NCBI GenBank assembly: GCA_000320545.1
Contig: ADNK01003343.1
Coordinates: forward strand, 23,991 to 87,990
DNA: 64,000 nucleotides
Reading direction: 5' to 3'
Source: Bigelowiella natans CCMP2755
Taxonomy: Eukaryota > Protista > Cercozoa
How positions within the stretch are numbered: the stretch's first letter is position 1; each line of letters begins with the position of its first letter. Below are positions 22,901 through 33,805 of the stretch, one piece after another. A model generated the notes under the pieces. It was not told the DNA's origin. It made no database searches and saw only the letters and a program-made list of their open reading frames with translations. The position numbers and the translations under genes were made by a program.

Positions 22901-24408
22901 AGCAGCTCAACAACGTGAAAACGGCAGGACCTCGTGGTCAGTCAAACAGACCTGTGCAACCTCTGAATGGGCGCACCGTATCCCTTGGTTACACTGCCGC
23001 AGGGCCTCCTGTCGGCAGCCCCGCTCCAGGAGGCGCTTCCCCACAAATAACCAGCGACCAAGGTGTTCTCACATTGAAGCAGCCAACGACAACTACGGAC
23101 TGGAACTACAAGTCGGATAAGGGCCCCGCTTTGTGGCACAGTCTGGGTTGGCCAATTTGCCTTAGTGGTACGCGCCAGTCACCTATCAACATCATCGAGT
23201 CCGAAGCTGTTGGTGGGGTTCCCACACCCATCACTTGGCAATATGGGGCTACTGCTGTTGATATTAGCAACAACGGGAAGACTCTCGTAATGAACAACGT
23301 GGCTGCCAACAAGATGCAGGTTGGGGGCACGAACTATTCCATGTACAACATCCACTTCCACCACACTTCGGAGCACTTGTTCAACGGCGGCGGGTTTGAT
23401 GCCGAAATTCACTTTGTGCACACTGATGCGACGGGAGGGCTGGCTGTTCTAGGAGTTATGGTCATTGAGGGCGCAGCAAATCCTGGATTCCCTGCGGATC
23501 TTCGCAAATTCAAGCAGATGCTGCCAGGCACCACAGGATCGACGCACACCTTCACTTCAATCACGGTTAACCCCGCTCTCATGTTCCCCACGGATAAAAC
23601 CTTCTACAATTACCAAGGATCTCTCACAACACCTCCATGCTCTGAGGGAGTAAACTGGCACGTATTCAAACAGCCCATCACAATGTCCAGGGACCAGCTC
23701 AATATCCTCATCAAGGCTCTCCGTGGGCTGGAGAAGGCAAGTAAGTTCGGCAACACCAACCGTCCCGTCATGCCTCTCAACGGCCGCATCGTCACAGTTG
23801 GATATCCAAACGGTGATATTACAACCGGAGCAAGTACTGTTGTTGCTAACATCAAATTCGGCTTCGAATACTACCAGGCCAGCCCAGCGGCGCAAACGGG
23901 TTTCACCTTCACTTTGATTGAACACGTCGCTTCCTTCCTCTCTGTGGCTAAGTCGGGAGTCAAAGTTACGAATTTAGTTCAGAGGGGATCTGGAACAGTA
24001 GTAACCTTATCGATGCAAGTCACCTTCAATCGTGTACCAGCTGTCAAAACCGCACTCAAGACCGCTTTCACAGCAGCGAATGGCTGGGATATAACTGCAT
24101 ATGGCGCAGCAGATGTCAATTATGACACTAAATCGACAGATAAAGATGATGAGAAACTTTCTGATGACACCATCGCCGTCGTTACGGTCCTGGTCGTGAT
24201 GTTCGTCATACTCATCGCAGCCAACTTCCTCTTCTGGTACTGCCTCCTGAAGGGCGGTCAACAGAATCAGAAGATTGTGATTTACAAGAACAAGAACAAG
24301 GCTGCTAAAGAACCAGTGGAATTGAAGGGAAACATTACAGGTTCTATGGGAATGCTGGAACAAGGTGGATCCATCATTGAGAACCAGGCTCTTTCGGTAC
24401 CTTTCTAA
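19953..24408 (+). CDS. Membrane-anchored alpha-carbonic anhydrase with four tandem catalytic domains
   Basis: Signal peptide MQRALTLLACGLATVSA. Four copies of QSPI[DN]I, HxH..SEH, E[IM]HFVH, GSLTTPPC and NRPV[QM]PLN. Four GT-AG introns (about 20127-20184, 20308-20369, 20496-20795, 21195-21348). C-terminal TM IAVVTVLVVMFVILIAANFLFWY. Confidence 0.95.
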
Positions 24409-25329
24409 CACAATAATAAATACACACACTACACATTAAATTATGTCATTGGTGTCGAAAGTACAAATAATACTCCGGGTACGTCGAAATCATACACCAA
24501 GCCCCATTCTAATTTTTCCACTGCAAATTTTCCTCTTTGTTTTCCTTGATTCAGGCTGTGCAGAAATCAATCTAAACGCTCATGGAAAACCGATGGAAAC
24601 GTTATGACGTTCGTACCGCCTTCGTGTGATGAATTTTGTATTCTGTGGTGCATGCAATGGTCAAAAAAATTGTCTTAAAAGACAATAACACTGCTGCACA
24701 CAGATGAATGTTGCATCGAATCCACATAATTGTTCGGCGCTGGTGCACCACCTGTGGGTCCCATGAGCATGTTTGCAAGCAAAGCAGAGCATGATTGCAA
24801 TGTGTGATGGCAACCTTAACAGTGCTCAACAAAGGCATGCATACATGCACGCAGTCATCGTCGCATGACGTGCTGTGGCGTTTGCTGCACAGTGTTCATG
24901 TGCACACCTCACCGACATGCTGCATCAATGCACAGCTGATGCTGCTGTGTCTAGGTGTCATGTGTCCAATGAATGCATGCACGAGCACTTGTTGCAAGCA
25001 CCAATTTTGTCGATTGTGACCCACCACCTGTTCCGTCAAGCAATCGTGCGCATGCAGTCTCACCTGCTTCCATCAGCGAGCAGAAATCAAGTCAGATGAA
25101 AAGCTGAGGCACAGCTGTTAGACGGATTGCCAGATTGGAAGTGATTGCTAAACGAAGAAGTGCAGCAGCACACTGGTGATCGACATGCCATGCATGCAGT
25201 CAGGTGCACGCAGCAAGCGCGAGCAATCATGCGCACGTGCAGGGGCACTGCAAGAAAGCACATTGCTGCTTGCGCGCACGCACGCACAAGCACAGCATGC
25301 TGCGGCCGTGACAACACAATGATGCAGCG

Positions 25330-25745
25330 TTTTAGCGGGCTTGCGGTAGCTGCTTAGCTTTTGTGCGCGGGACTGTGCTGATGTCACTGAGTGTCAACAC
25401 GCGGTCCTGTGTGCGTTTGAATTGTGTTGATGACTTGTGACTTGCGCTGCATGCATGTGCGCATTGGGTTCCGGCGCATTCGCGAAGATTCTCGAATCTT
25501 CCAGAATTCTCTCGAATTCTCTGGAAGATTCTCGAAGCTTCCGGAATGCTCTCGAAGATTCTGGAAGATTCTCGAATCTTCCGGAATGTTCTCGAAGCTT
25601 CTGGAAGATTCTCGAAGCTTCTCGAAGATTCCCGAAGTTCTGAGAACTTCCATGCGCATGTGCGCAGCGCAGCGTGCAGCACGAGTGGACGTGCGCATGC
25701 TGCGACAGCTCCTTGATCGTGGGTGGCGCGGCCAGACCGCTGACA
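25330..25745 (-). repeat. Copia 3' LTR
   Basis: Direct repeat of 31434-31849 (offset 6104). Minus-strand termini are TGTCA...TAAAA; a short purine tract GGGGGCG precedes it. Confidence 0.96.
25479..25650. promoter_or_regulatory. Heat-shock-element-like array (nTTCnnGAAn)x17 in the copia 3' LTR
   Basis: 17 consecutive GAA at exact 10-bp spacing, with TTC at 13 of the 17 alternating positions. Confidence 0.75.
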
Positions 25746-26804
25746 CGCCCCCATGGACGTGGTGACCACGATCAGAGTGCTGATGTGCACGTGCCATTTC
25801 TGCCATGGTGACAGAACTTTTGCACGGTGCTGCACATGGACGCCATTCCCAAAGGTTTCGGAGTCCGAATGGTTGGCAAAATTTTGCCGACCAAACATCG
25901 CACCACCAGACGCCTGAAACTCTGTGCAGAGGCACAAAATTCCCAGGCTTGCAACTGGGCAAGGTGCCATGGGCATGGTGCACTCCGAAATCGGCAGGAA
26001 AAATTCTTGCCTGACTGGGCAAGGTGCCACCATTTCGGTACGAACTGGGACTTGTCCAAAAAATTAATTTTTTAAACGACACCAGTGTGCTTCCAGAAAA
26101 AATTCTGGAATCCCTCACGTGCTTCCAGAAAACATTCTGGAACATTCTGGAACATTCTGGAACACCGATCTGGTTTCCCATAGTCAGGTCCCCAAATTTA
26201 GGAACTTCGATCGACCGTGCTTTTAACTCTTCACCTTGCCCCACCTCTTGTGATGAGGCGAGCTACGTACACGTCCACGTCCCCCAATGGAGCTCTTCCC
26301 TGAGAGACGAAATTGCGGGCTGGGCTCCAAATACTGTTGGCTGGCTGGGTTGCAGCCATGCCAGATCGAGAAGGAATGCCGAAGAGAATACAGTCTGCCT
26401 TCGTGGGTCTGAAGGCATCATACTCTGGTCATAGCGACATTGTTCTTCCACACCTCCACACAGGGAAGGCAGTTTTTTTCTGTCTTATTTATTTTTAATT
26501 TCGTAGGTATCTCGTAGTATATAGCCTTATATCTTGTTCTTGTTTTGTAGGTATCCTGTCTTTGTTCCACATTCGCCCCCATGATTGTGCAGTGTCTGGA
26601 AGACAGACACTGTGCAATTATATAATCCATAGCGTAATTTACATTCGCCCCCATCGGAGCTGTGCACATAGCTGTGCATATAGTCCATAGTAAGATACGC
26701 AAGGAAAGGTACACACATATAAAGATGTGTGCCATTAAAACCTTGCAGCCTATATGTTCATATGTTGTAGGTTTCTAGATGGACGTGGGGCTTTTATAGG
26801 GCGT

Positions 26805-29800
26805 CTAAGCGGACGTGGGGCCGACAAGGCGAGGGAGCTTGTAAGGTAGAGCCTTTGTTGTTATTTTTCTTTTTCTGGTGCCTTGTAGCATGATGGTTAG
26901 TTTTTCTCTGTATGATATAGGGAACAAGAAATCACAGTGTTTCTTGTTGCTAGGTCCTGGTAGAGCCTTGGTAAGTATATCAGCGGGATTGTCCTCCCCA
27001 GGTATTTTGTTTATGCAGATCTGCTTGGTTTGATAGTTATCACGAACATTGTGATATTCTATCCTTATGTTCTTGCCTTTCTGTGTGAATCCAGGCTTGG
27101 CTGCAATGGAGATAGCTGCTTGAGAGTCACAATACACAGGTACAGGGTTCGGTATTTTCATTTTTAACTCCTGTAGTAACTGAGTGACATACACTAACTC
27201 TCTGCATATATCTGATAATGCTATGTACTCAGCCTCGCCACTGGACATAGCAACGACCTTTTGCTTGTTGCTCTTCCAGACAACAGGTGCGTTGCTTAGC
27301 GATATGAAATATCCTGAATATGATTTACCCGTTTTCTTGCAGGTCTTCCAGGAAGCATCGACGTAGGCTTTAAGCTCAGGTTTGGACGCTGCTTTAAAGG
27401 TAATTCTTTTGTCCTTTGTGTTGACCAGATATTGTAGTAAGCGCACTGCAGCGATGTAGTGTATAGTTCTAGGATCTTGACTGTAGGAAGCTAGACGAGA
27501 TAGAGTGTAGCAGATGTCTGGCCTAGTAGCCACCGCTGCATACATTGCTGCTCCTATGATGGATCTGTATGCCTTCTGATCTACTTTTTCATGTTCCACG
27601 TATTCGTCTAACTTTGATCCTGTTATCATTGGTGTTTTTGCTCTTTTCGTAGGCGTGATATCATACTTCTGGGCGAGTCTGGTGAGGTAATCTTCCTGCG
27701 ATATCCAATAGTTTCCCTCATTGTCGCTACCAACTCTTATGCCCAGTGTTTTCTTTAGCTCGCCTTCATCGCGAAACTCAAACTTGTCGCCTATTCGCTT
27801 CATGACAAAGTCCAGGTCTTTCTTATCTTGATATGCTATGCATATGTCATCCACGAAACATGACAATATGATGATTCTTCCTTGTCTGTGCATTATCATT
27901 AGGCAAGGATCGGAGTAAAGCTGGACGAAGCCAATGGCGTTGAGATGCTCGAGCAAGGTAAGGCTGAATATTGCACTTGCTTGTGTCAGCCCATAAATGC
28001 TTTTATTTACCAGTAGGGCTAGTGGAAGGCCACTGTTGTATAGCCGGATTTCATCAGGTGTCTTCGGCTTCCACCCTTTAGGTATTTCCATGTATACTTT
28101 ACAGTCCATCTTTCCAGTTAGGAAAGCTGTAAGTATATCTATCCCGTGTAGTTTTAGCTTGAGGATAGATGCTATGGCTAACATTATCCGAAAACTATTT
28201 AGGGACAACGTCGGGGAATAAGAGAAGAAGGAGTCTTCTCCCGGGATCTGCGTGAACCCTCGCGCGACCAGCCTTGACTTATACCGAATGGTATAGTCTA
28301 CATTTATTTTCTTCTTGAATACCCATTTAGATGTAACGAAATTTGTATCCTTAGGTCGCACTACCAGCGTAAACGTTCCAAGTTTTCGAAGCTGGTGCAG
28401 TTCCTCTTCCGTAGAAGGTATCCAATGCTTCTTATCATCTCCTGTGATTGCATCGTCATACGTCTTAGGAAGGTCCTCGATCTCATGTACTGATGGAGCT
28501 TTTATATTCATCAGGCGGTCGTAATAGCTACCAAGTATTCCGTAACGAATACCAGGTACTCCCCTATTTTCTCTATTCGACCTTCGAGGCTTACTTTTTG
28601 CTTTTGTTTCAGGCCCACCATCCTCTGGCAACTCGTCAGTTGCACTGGATGGTTCGGGGGCGTCCGCGTCGGCAGGACCTTCTGGATAAAGGTACGCCAA
28701 AGCCGAATCACTAACTTTGTTTCTCTTCAGCGAAGGAAACTTAAACACTGTGTGGTACCATTTAGTTACACGGACTCTTTTAATTTTCAGCGTCTTCGTG
28801 GCGACGAGAAAAGTACCAAATCTATCGTCATATCCCAACATACGTACGTATTCACCTCTAGCACCCATACCACCTGCAGGTCGGAGTTCCTTGTCAATGT
28901 GGTTTACTCCGATGCATCCCCAGGTAGTTAGATTCTTTAGATTTGGTTGCTCATGGTGCAGTAGTTCTTTAGGCGTTTTTCTACCAGGTGTGCTGCGATG
29001 TGAGGTGACGTTGTGGAGATATGCTGCAGTCTGAGCTGCGTAGGACCAGTATCCGACCGGTAAGCGTGCATGTTCTAACATAGCTCTTGTTTTCGCCATG
29101 ATAGTCTGTATGTGACGCTCGGACATTCCATTTTGCTCAGGTGTTCGGGCGGTGCTAGGAACCCATTTTATTCCTTCGGAGGTGAGCCAGCTATGTAGCT
29201 TTGCGCTCATATATTCACCTCCACCATCCGATCTGAATTCGTCTATGCTTCCACAACCTGGAAGCTTTCTGATGTGCTTTATGAACTGTATGGTTTTCTG
29301 CGTAACTTCGCTTTTCTTTCTCAAGAGCTCCAAGGTAACCCACCTTGTTCCTTCATGTACGAATATTACGAAATACTTGTAACCATCCATGCTGTTAGGC
29401 ATGGTCTTTACATCAGAGTGAATTCTATTCCACATCCGGTTTTTCTTGTGGATAACAGGTACACATTTTTGTTTCTTTTTGACAGCATCGTTCTCAATCT
29501 TTGCTTTATTCCGATGCTGTTTCATCCTTTCTTGGGCGCTTAGATCAAAGATCGGAGATCTTTTTGTTTTGGCTACATCACAGGCCTTGCAAAAGATCTT
29601 CTTTGGTATCTTTATCATCTTGGAATAAGGTAGACCTTCTGTAACTGCATAGGTGTCTCTTATCTTATCCGTTGCGATGTGCCCTAGGATGTTATGTGCG
29701 TGCTTGATTGGAGATGGCTGCTTCATAGGGTAGGATTTAAATCTTTGTGTATTTGTACTTTTGTTTATTTGTTTATATCTCAAATAAAATAGGCCGTCGT

Positions 29801-31247
29801 CTTGAAAGTCTCCGAACGCGTATTCCTCTCCGTTGGCGGTAATGCTTATTCCTTGTTTTGTCCCTTTGTACTCGCTGCCACTCTTGACTAGTCTGTTTAG
29901 AGAGATCACATTGCCTGCAGCTTCTTCAGAGTACAAAGCTCCTTGTAGAACAATTTTGTGCATCTTTCCTTGCTTGTTTTTTGTAGTTAGTTTGACGTCG
30001 CCTGCATAATTCACAAAGAATCCTGTCCCATCTTTGCCAACTTCTGTGTATCGTGGTTGAATAGGTTTCAACTCGTTGAAGAAGTCGCGGTCGCAGAAGA
30101 AGTGGTTGTTGGCTCCGCTGTCGAGAAGGATCAAAGGCTTATGGTTGTACTTCAGCGTGTGCAGGTAAGAATTGTCGCGTGCCATCTTATTAATGTAAGA
30201 GGGTCTTTGGGAAGGGGAGCCATGATCTATAAAAGAATAGTGTTTTCCTTTGTTCTGCTTGCCTTCGTCTCTCATCTTGTTTCTGCATTCCTTTTCCCAA
30301 TGTCCTTTCTTGCCACAGTAATGGCATTTTGTTCTTTTCTTTAAGTTCAAGAAATAGTCTTCTCTCTTTTGCTTCTTGGAATTGTCTTGATATGCTTCGC
30401 TGTTGTATCTGTTCTTTCCTTTGTTGAATTTCCTCTTGTAGGTCTTCAGCTGACCCGTAAGTTCATTTAGCCTTTTCTCCAAGCCATCGTACATCTTCAC
30501 GTATTTGTGTTCTGCACTGGTGTGTCCTGCATGTTTCTTTGAAGGTTTCTGCCCGTCATCTAACGATCGGGAGTTCATGTGGGAGCGGATCATGTCCACT
30601 GCAGAGTCGAAGGTAAAATCTTTCTTGTTGTTAATGACTGTTACTATAGTCTCGTATTTTTCTCTAGGTACAAGTCCTCGAAGTAGAGTGGTAAGAGCTT
30701 GATTGTCGGAGTATCCTTCGTGCTGTGCTCGAAGTCTTCTGATCGTCGAGTCAAGGTCAGAATGATACTTCGTGAAGTCTCCATTGTACTGACCCATGTT
30801 TATATCACTTAGCTTCGAATAAAGTTTCCTGACGGCTACAGGATTGGTAGGCTCGTACTTCTCCAGCAAGGCTGCTAAGGTAACTGCTACGTCTTTGGGT
30901 TTTCCTTCGAGTAGATCGAAGAATTTATCAGGAAGGGTAGCAGTGAGGAAGAATCTTCCTCTCTTTCTTTTGTTTATCTTTTCTTGTGATCCTCTTCCTT
31001 CGGGTTTAGGGTTGAGGATGTCGAATTGCTCCTGAGAGAGCTTGAGTACTTCTCGTCGGTGAGCGGGGTCGGTGCGTACATTGACTTCTGTCACCTTTCC
31101 TTCTGTTTCTATGTTGACATTGAAGCATGATTCCAAATCCGCTGCTTCAAAGGCGGACATTAGCTTGTACATGTAGGGCTTGTAGTTGCTACCATCGTAC
31201 TTGAGGGTGAAGTTTTTCAGCAGGGAGTCTATCTGCTTTTCTGACAT
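26805..31247 (-). CDS. Copia gag-pol polyprotein (1480 aa)
   Basis: CHYCGKKGHWEKEC knuckle, LLDSGA protease, integrase H..H..CKAC / RSDGGGEY / QNGMSER, RT YKSRLVARGFTQ and FVDD, RNase H YVDASW...AEY...ADILTK. Confidence 0.97.
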   Translation of the reverse strand: MSEKQIDSLLKNFTLKYDGSNYKPYMYKLMSAFEAADLESCFNVNIETEGKVTEVNVRTDPAHRREVLKLSQEQFDILNPKPEGRGSQEKINKRKRGRFFLTATLPDKFFDLLEGKPKDVAVTLAALLEKYEPTNPVAVRKLYSKLSDINMGQYNGDFTKYHSDLDSTIRRLRAQHEGYSDNQALTTLLRGLVPREKYETIVTVINNKKDFTFDSAVDMIRSHMNSRSLDDGQKPSKKHAGHTSAEHKYVKMYDGLEKRLNELTGQLKTYKRKFNKGKNRYNSEAYQDNSKKQKREDYFLNLKKRTKCHYCGKKGHWEKECRNKMRDEGKQNKGKHYSFIDHGSPSQRPSYINKMARDNSYLHTLKYNHKPLILLDSGANNHFFCDRDFFNELKPIQPRYTEVGKDGTGFFVNYAGDVKLTTKNKQGKMHKIVLQGALYSEEAAGNVISLNRLVKSGSEYKGTKQGISITANGEEYAFGDFQDDGLFYLRYKQINKSTNTQRFKSYPMKQPSPIKHAHNILGHIATDKIRDTYAVTEGLPYSKMIKIPKKIFCKACDVAKTKRSPIFDLSAQERMKQHRNKAKIENDAVKKKQKCVPVIHKKNRMWNRIHSDVKTMPNSMDGYKYFVIFVHEGTRWVTLELLRKKSEVTQKTIQFIKHIRKLPGCGSIDEFRSDGGGEYMSAKLHSWLTSEGIKWVPSTARTPEQNGMSERHIQTIMAKTRAMLEHARLPVGYWSYAAQTAAYLHNVTSHRSTPGRKTPKELLHHEQPNLKNLTTWGCIGVNHIDKELRPAGGMGARGEYVRMLGYDDRFGTFLVATKTLKIKRVRVTKWYHTVFKFPSLKRNKVSDSALAYLYPEGPADADAPEPSSATDELPEDGGPETKAKSKPRRSNRENRGVPGIRYGILGSYYDRLMNIKAPSVHEIEDLPKTYDDAITGDDKKHWIPSTEEELHQLRKLGTFTLVVRPKDTNFVTSKWVFKKKINVDYTIRYKSRLVARGFTQIPGEDSFFSYSPTLSLNSFRIMLAIASILKLKLHGIDILTAFLTGKMDCKVYMEIPKGWKPKTPDEIRLYNSGLPLALLVNKSIYGLTQASAIFSLTLLEHLNAIGFVQLYSDPCLMIMHRQGRIIILSCFVDDICIAYQDKKDLDFVMKRIGDKFEFRDEGELKKTLGIRVGSDNEGNYWISQEDYLTRLAQKYDITPTKRAKTPMITGSKLDEYVEHEKVDQKAYRSIIGAAMYAAVATRPDICYTLSRLASYSQDPRTIHYIAAVRLLQYLVNTKDKRITFKAASKPELKAYVDASWKTCKKTGKSYSGYFISLSNAPVVWKSNKQKVVAMSSGEAEYIALSDICRELVYVTQLLQELKMKIPNPVPVYCDSQAAISIAAKPGFTQKGKNIRIEYHNVRDNYQTKQICINKIPGEDNPADILTKALPGPSNKKHCDFLFPISYREKLTIMLQGTRKRKITTKALPYKLPRLVGPTSA

Positions 31248-31422
31248 GTTGTTTCGTTCCTGTTTTCTTTGTTTTCAGTGCTTTGGAGGCTTGACCGAAG
31301 ATTGGCTGAGGGAATGCTGTTGTCGCTTTCAGTTCCTTCTTCTGGAAGGATGTAGCTGAAGGGGGGGGGTGGGGGGTTTGCTTGGTTCTTTTCTTTGTTG
31401 GTTCTCTAGCAAGTCCTCTTGA

Positions 31423-31433
31423 GGCTCATAACC
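31423..31433 (-). other. Copia primer-binding site complementary to the anticodon arm of initiator tRNA-Met
   Basis: Minus-strand GGTTATGAGCC directly after the 5' LTR; its complement GGCTCATAACC matches the tRNAi-Met anticodon region. Confidence 0.85.
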
Positions 31434-31849
31434 TTTTAGCGGGCTTGCGGTAGCTGCTTAGCTTTTGTGCGCGGGACTGTGCTGATGTCACTGAGTGTCA
31501 ACACGCGGTCCTGTGTGCGTTTGAATTGTGTTGATGACTTGTGACTTGCGCTGCATGCATGTGCGCATTGGGTTCCGGCGCATTCGCGAAGATTCTCGAA
31601 TCTTCCAGAATTCTCTCGAATTCTCTGGAAGATTCTCGAAGCTTCCGGAATGCTCTCGAAGATTCTGGAAGATTCTCGAATCTTCCGGAATGTTCTCGAA
31701 GCTTCTGGAAGATTCTCGAAGCTTCTCGAAGATTCCCGAAGTTCTGAGAACTTCCATGCGCATGTGCGCAGCGCAGCGTGCAGCACGAGTGGACGTGCGC
31801 ATGCTGCGACAGCTCCTTGATCGTGGGTGGCGCGGCCAGACCGCTGACA
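31434..31849 (-). repeat. Copia 5' LTR (HSE-like array at 31583-31754)
   Basis: Direct repeat of 25330-25745. Confidence 0.96.
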
Positions 31850-33115
31850 CAGCGGAATTCAGAGATCAATTGAAGCCCTGTTGAACGAATTGACAAACTT
31901 GGCTCAGATGCATGCGCCACGCAGTCACAATTGCCAGTTTCGACTCCCCACCAACCTCTCTGGAGGGCCATGGATCTGGGGTAGTTGGACTGTCGCACAA
32001 ATTGGAGATCAATTTGTGTGCGCGCACAGAGAACGCACGCTGCACATGCAAGATGGTTAGGTTGTATGTTTTCACGTTGCGGAGCTTGGGATCCAGTTGT
32101 CGCAGTTTGGGGGAAATCCCCCCAATCCTCTCGTCTACGCTGCGGCGGCACCATGCCCAGATGCCGCGGTTCGATTTGCATCGGTCGAGGCGCGCAGAGG
32201 TCTCGTCCAAGCTTGCGATGAGACGAACGCAACGTCTTCTTTCGTGAGGACTTTGTGGCCATTGCTCTGCTGTGTGCATGGCTGAGTGAGCAATTCACGA
32301 ACAAAGTGAAATGCAATGCAAAGCTCAAATGAATGAACAACAAACGAACGAACAAAAGGTCCAAAGAAGGTGCAGCTTGTGCATTGCAGCGCACTGAAAT
32401 GGCAATGTTGACAAAACAATGCCAACCATGCACCAAAAGTGTGAAACCAACAAACACGGGGTTTGCGGTCCAAAAATGTGATGATGAATTGGGAATGACG
32501 TGGCAATTGGTGCAGTGACATGGACTCACACACGCCCACCCTCCCCCACAGCAAACGAGGCCAGGTTGAATGAATGAAGCATTTTCAATGTTTGTTTGAA
32601 AGCATCATCGGACATGAATGAATGAATGAATGAATGAATGAATGAATGAAACAGTTCAAGGGAGCGGTTGAAAGGGTGACAGGCTTGTGCTCTCACGAAT
32701 GAATGATTGAAGCGGTTCCACAGGAGCAGAAGCGAGGACCATGGGTCACACCAACTCATCCGTGACCTCTAGACTTCTCCAATCACCTGGACCTCCAGGG
32801 AAAGTTGAGGGTTCGTTTCACATCCGCCGGCCACGCCACTTGGACGGATCGATGACCTGGCTGGCAGGGCAAGGCCCCAGAAAGGACAATCAGAACAGCG
32901 GCGCGTCCCCCCACATGCAGCCCCAACGTGCATTCTGTTGCAAAGATTCCAATGGACGAAGAGTTGGAGCGCACCTGAGGCATGAGACCAACAAACAGAA
33001 AGAAAGAAAGAAAGAACGTGATGATTGACTGCATTTCCAAAAAGTCTCACGTTCCCCGTTCCCCCAACTTGGCGTCACTGTTCCTTCAAAATTTTTGCAA
33101 TTTTGCATCTGCGAC
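31850..33115. other. TpA-depleted intergenic island, continuous with about 24700-25329 before the copia insertion
   Basis: 5 TA in about 1265 bp by manual count, 4 of them in TAG/CTA context; (TGAA)n at about 32615-32650. Confidence 0.88.
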
Positions 33116-33410
33116 ATTACTAGATATCCTAGATATCCTGGATATTCAGATACGAGTACCGGTAAATAATGCACATATCTCAATCTAACTACGTTTCCAG
33201 AAAGAGAATGGCCTGCAACCAGCGATAGTTTCAGCTCAAACACGCTGCGTCTTTGCCAAATTCCAGTGGGTGGCAAAAGTGCCAAGAGAAATCGGTAAAT
33301 TCTTGGGAGAATATGGCTGTTTTTGGAAAAATTCCCCTGCAATTCGAAATGGCTGGGCATCCGTAACCGCCTCTCCATTCAAATCAAACTCACACCTCGA
33401 GCTCCCCATC

Positions 33411-33770
33411 ATGGGTGAGGTTTCCCTGCAAAACCTTGGGAGCGAGGAGGTGAAATCCCAGCAGGGAATCGTCGTGGGGCTGGTTCACACTGAATCTATA
33501 ACTGATGAGGAAAAGAAAGTATCATCGCAGGAAAGTGATGACGAAGGAGATGAGGATGAGAGACTTGAGATGCAAACGTCAACCGTCTCACAGCACCTGC
33601 GCTCTATCATCAACATCAAGTCCAAATACGAAAGAGAGGGCTACTTCATCATGGGAATTTTGCTTGCTTTGTTTATATTCTTCACAACTCAACTCCTTAT
33701 CCAAGCTGTCAAAGACAGGCGAGACACTGTGACTTCCATCAGTTCACAGTCTGTCGTTGGTAACCACGCG

Positions 33771-33805
<35 letters not shown>

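Larger units (their letters stand above)
25330..31849 (-). mobile_element. Intact Ty1/copia LTR retrotransposon
   Basis: Two 416-bp LTRs that look identical by eye, 5-bp TSD CAGCG (25325-25329 and 31850-31854), and domain order gag-PR-IN-RT-RH. Confidence 0.97.

Noticed and set aside
25332-26244. ORFs with ESSRIFENL-type repeats as an extra retrotransposon gene
   Set aside because: They are translations of the 10-bp DNA array; the period is not a multiple of 3 and both strands are open.
31498-32529. 343-aa ORF and other overlapping ORFs in the TA-free regions
   Set aside because: TpA loss removes TAA/TAG stops, so all frames open up; the peptides are Cys/His/Arg-rich, nearly Tyr-free and have no motifs.
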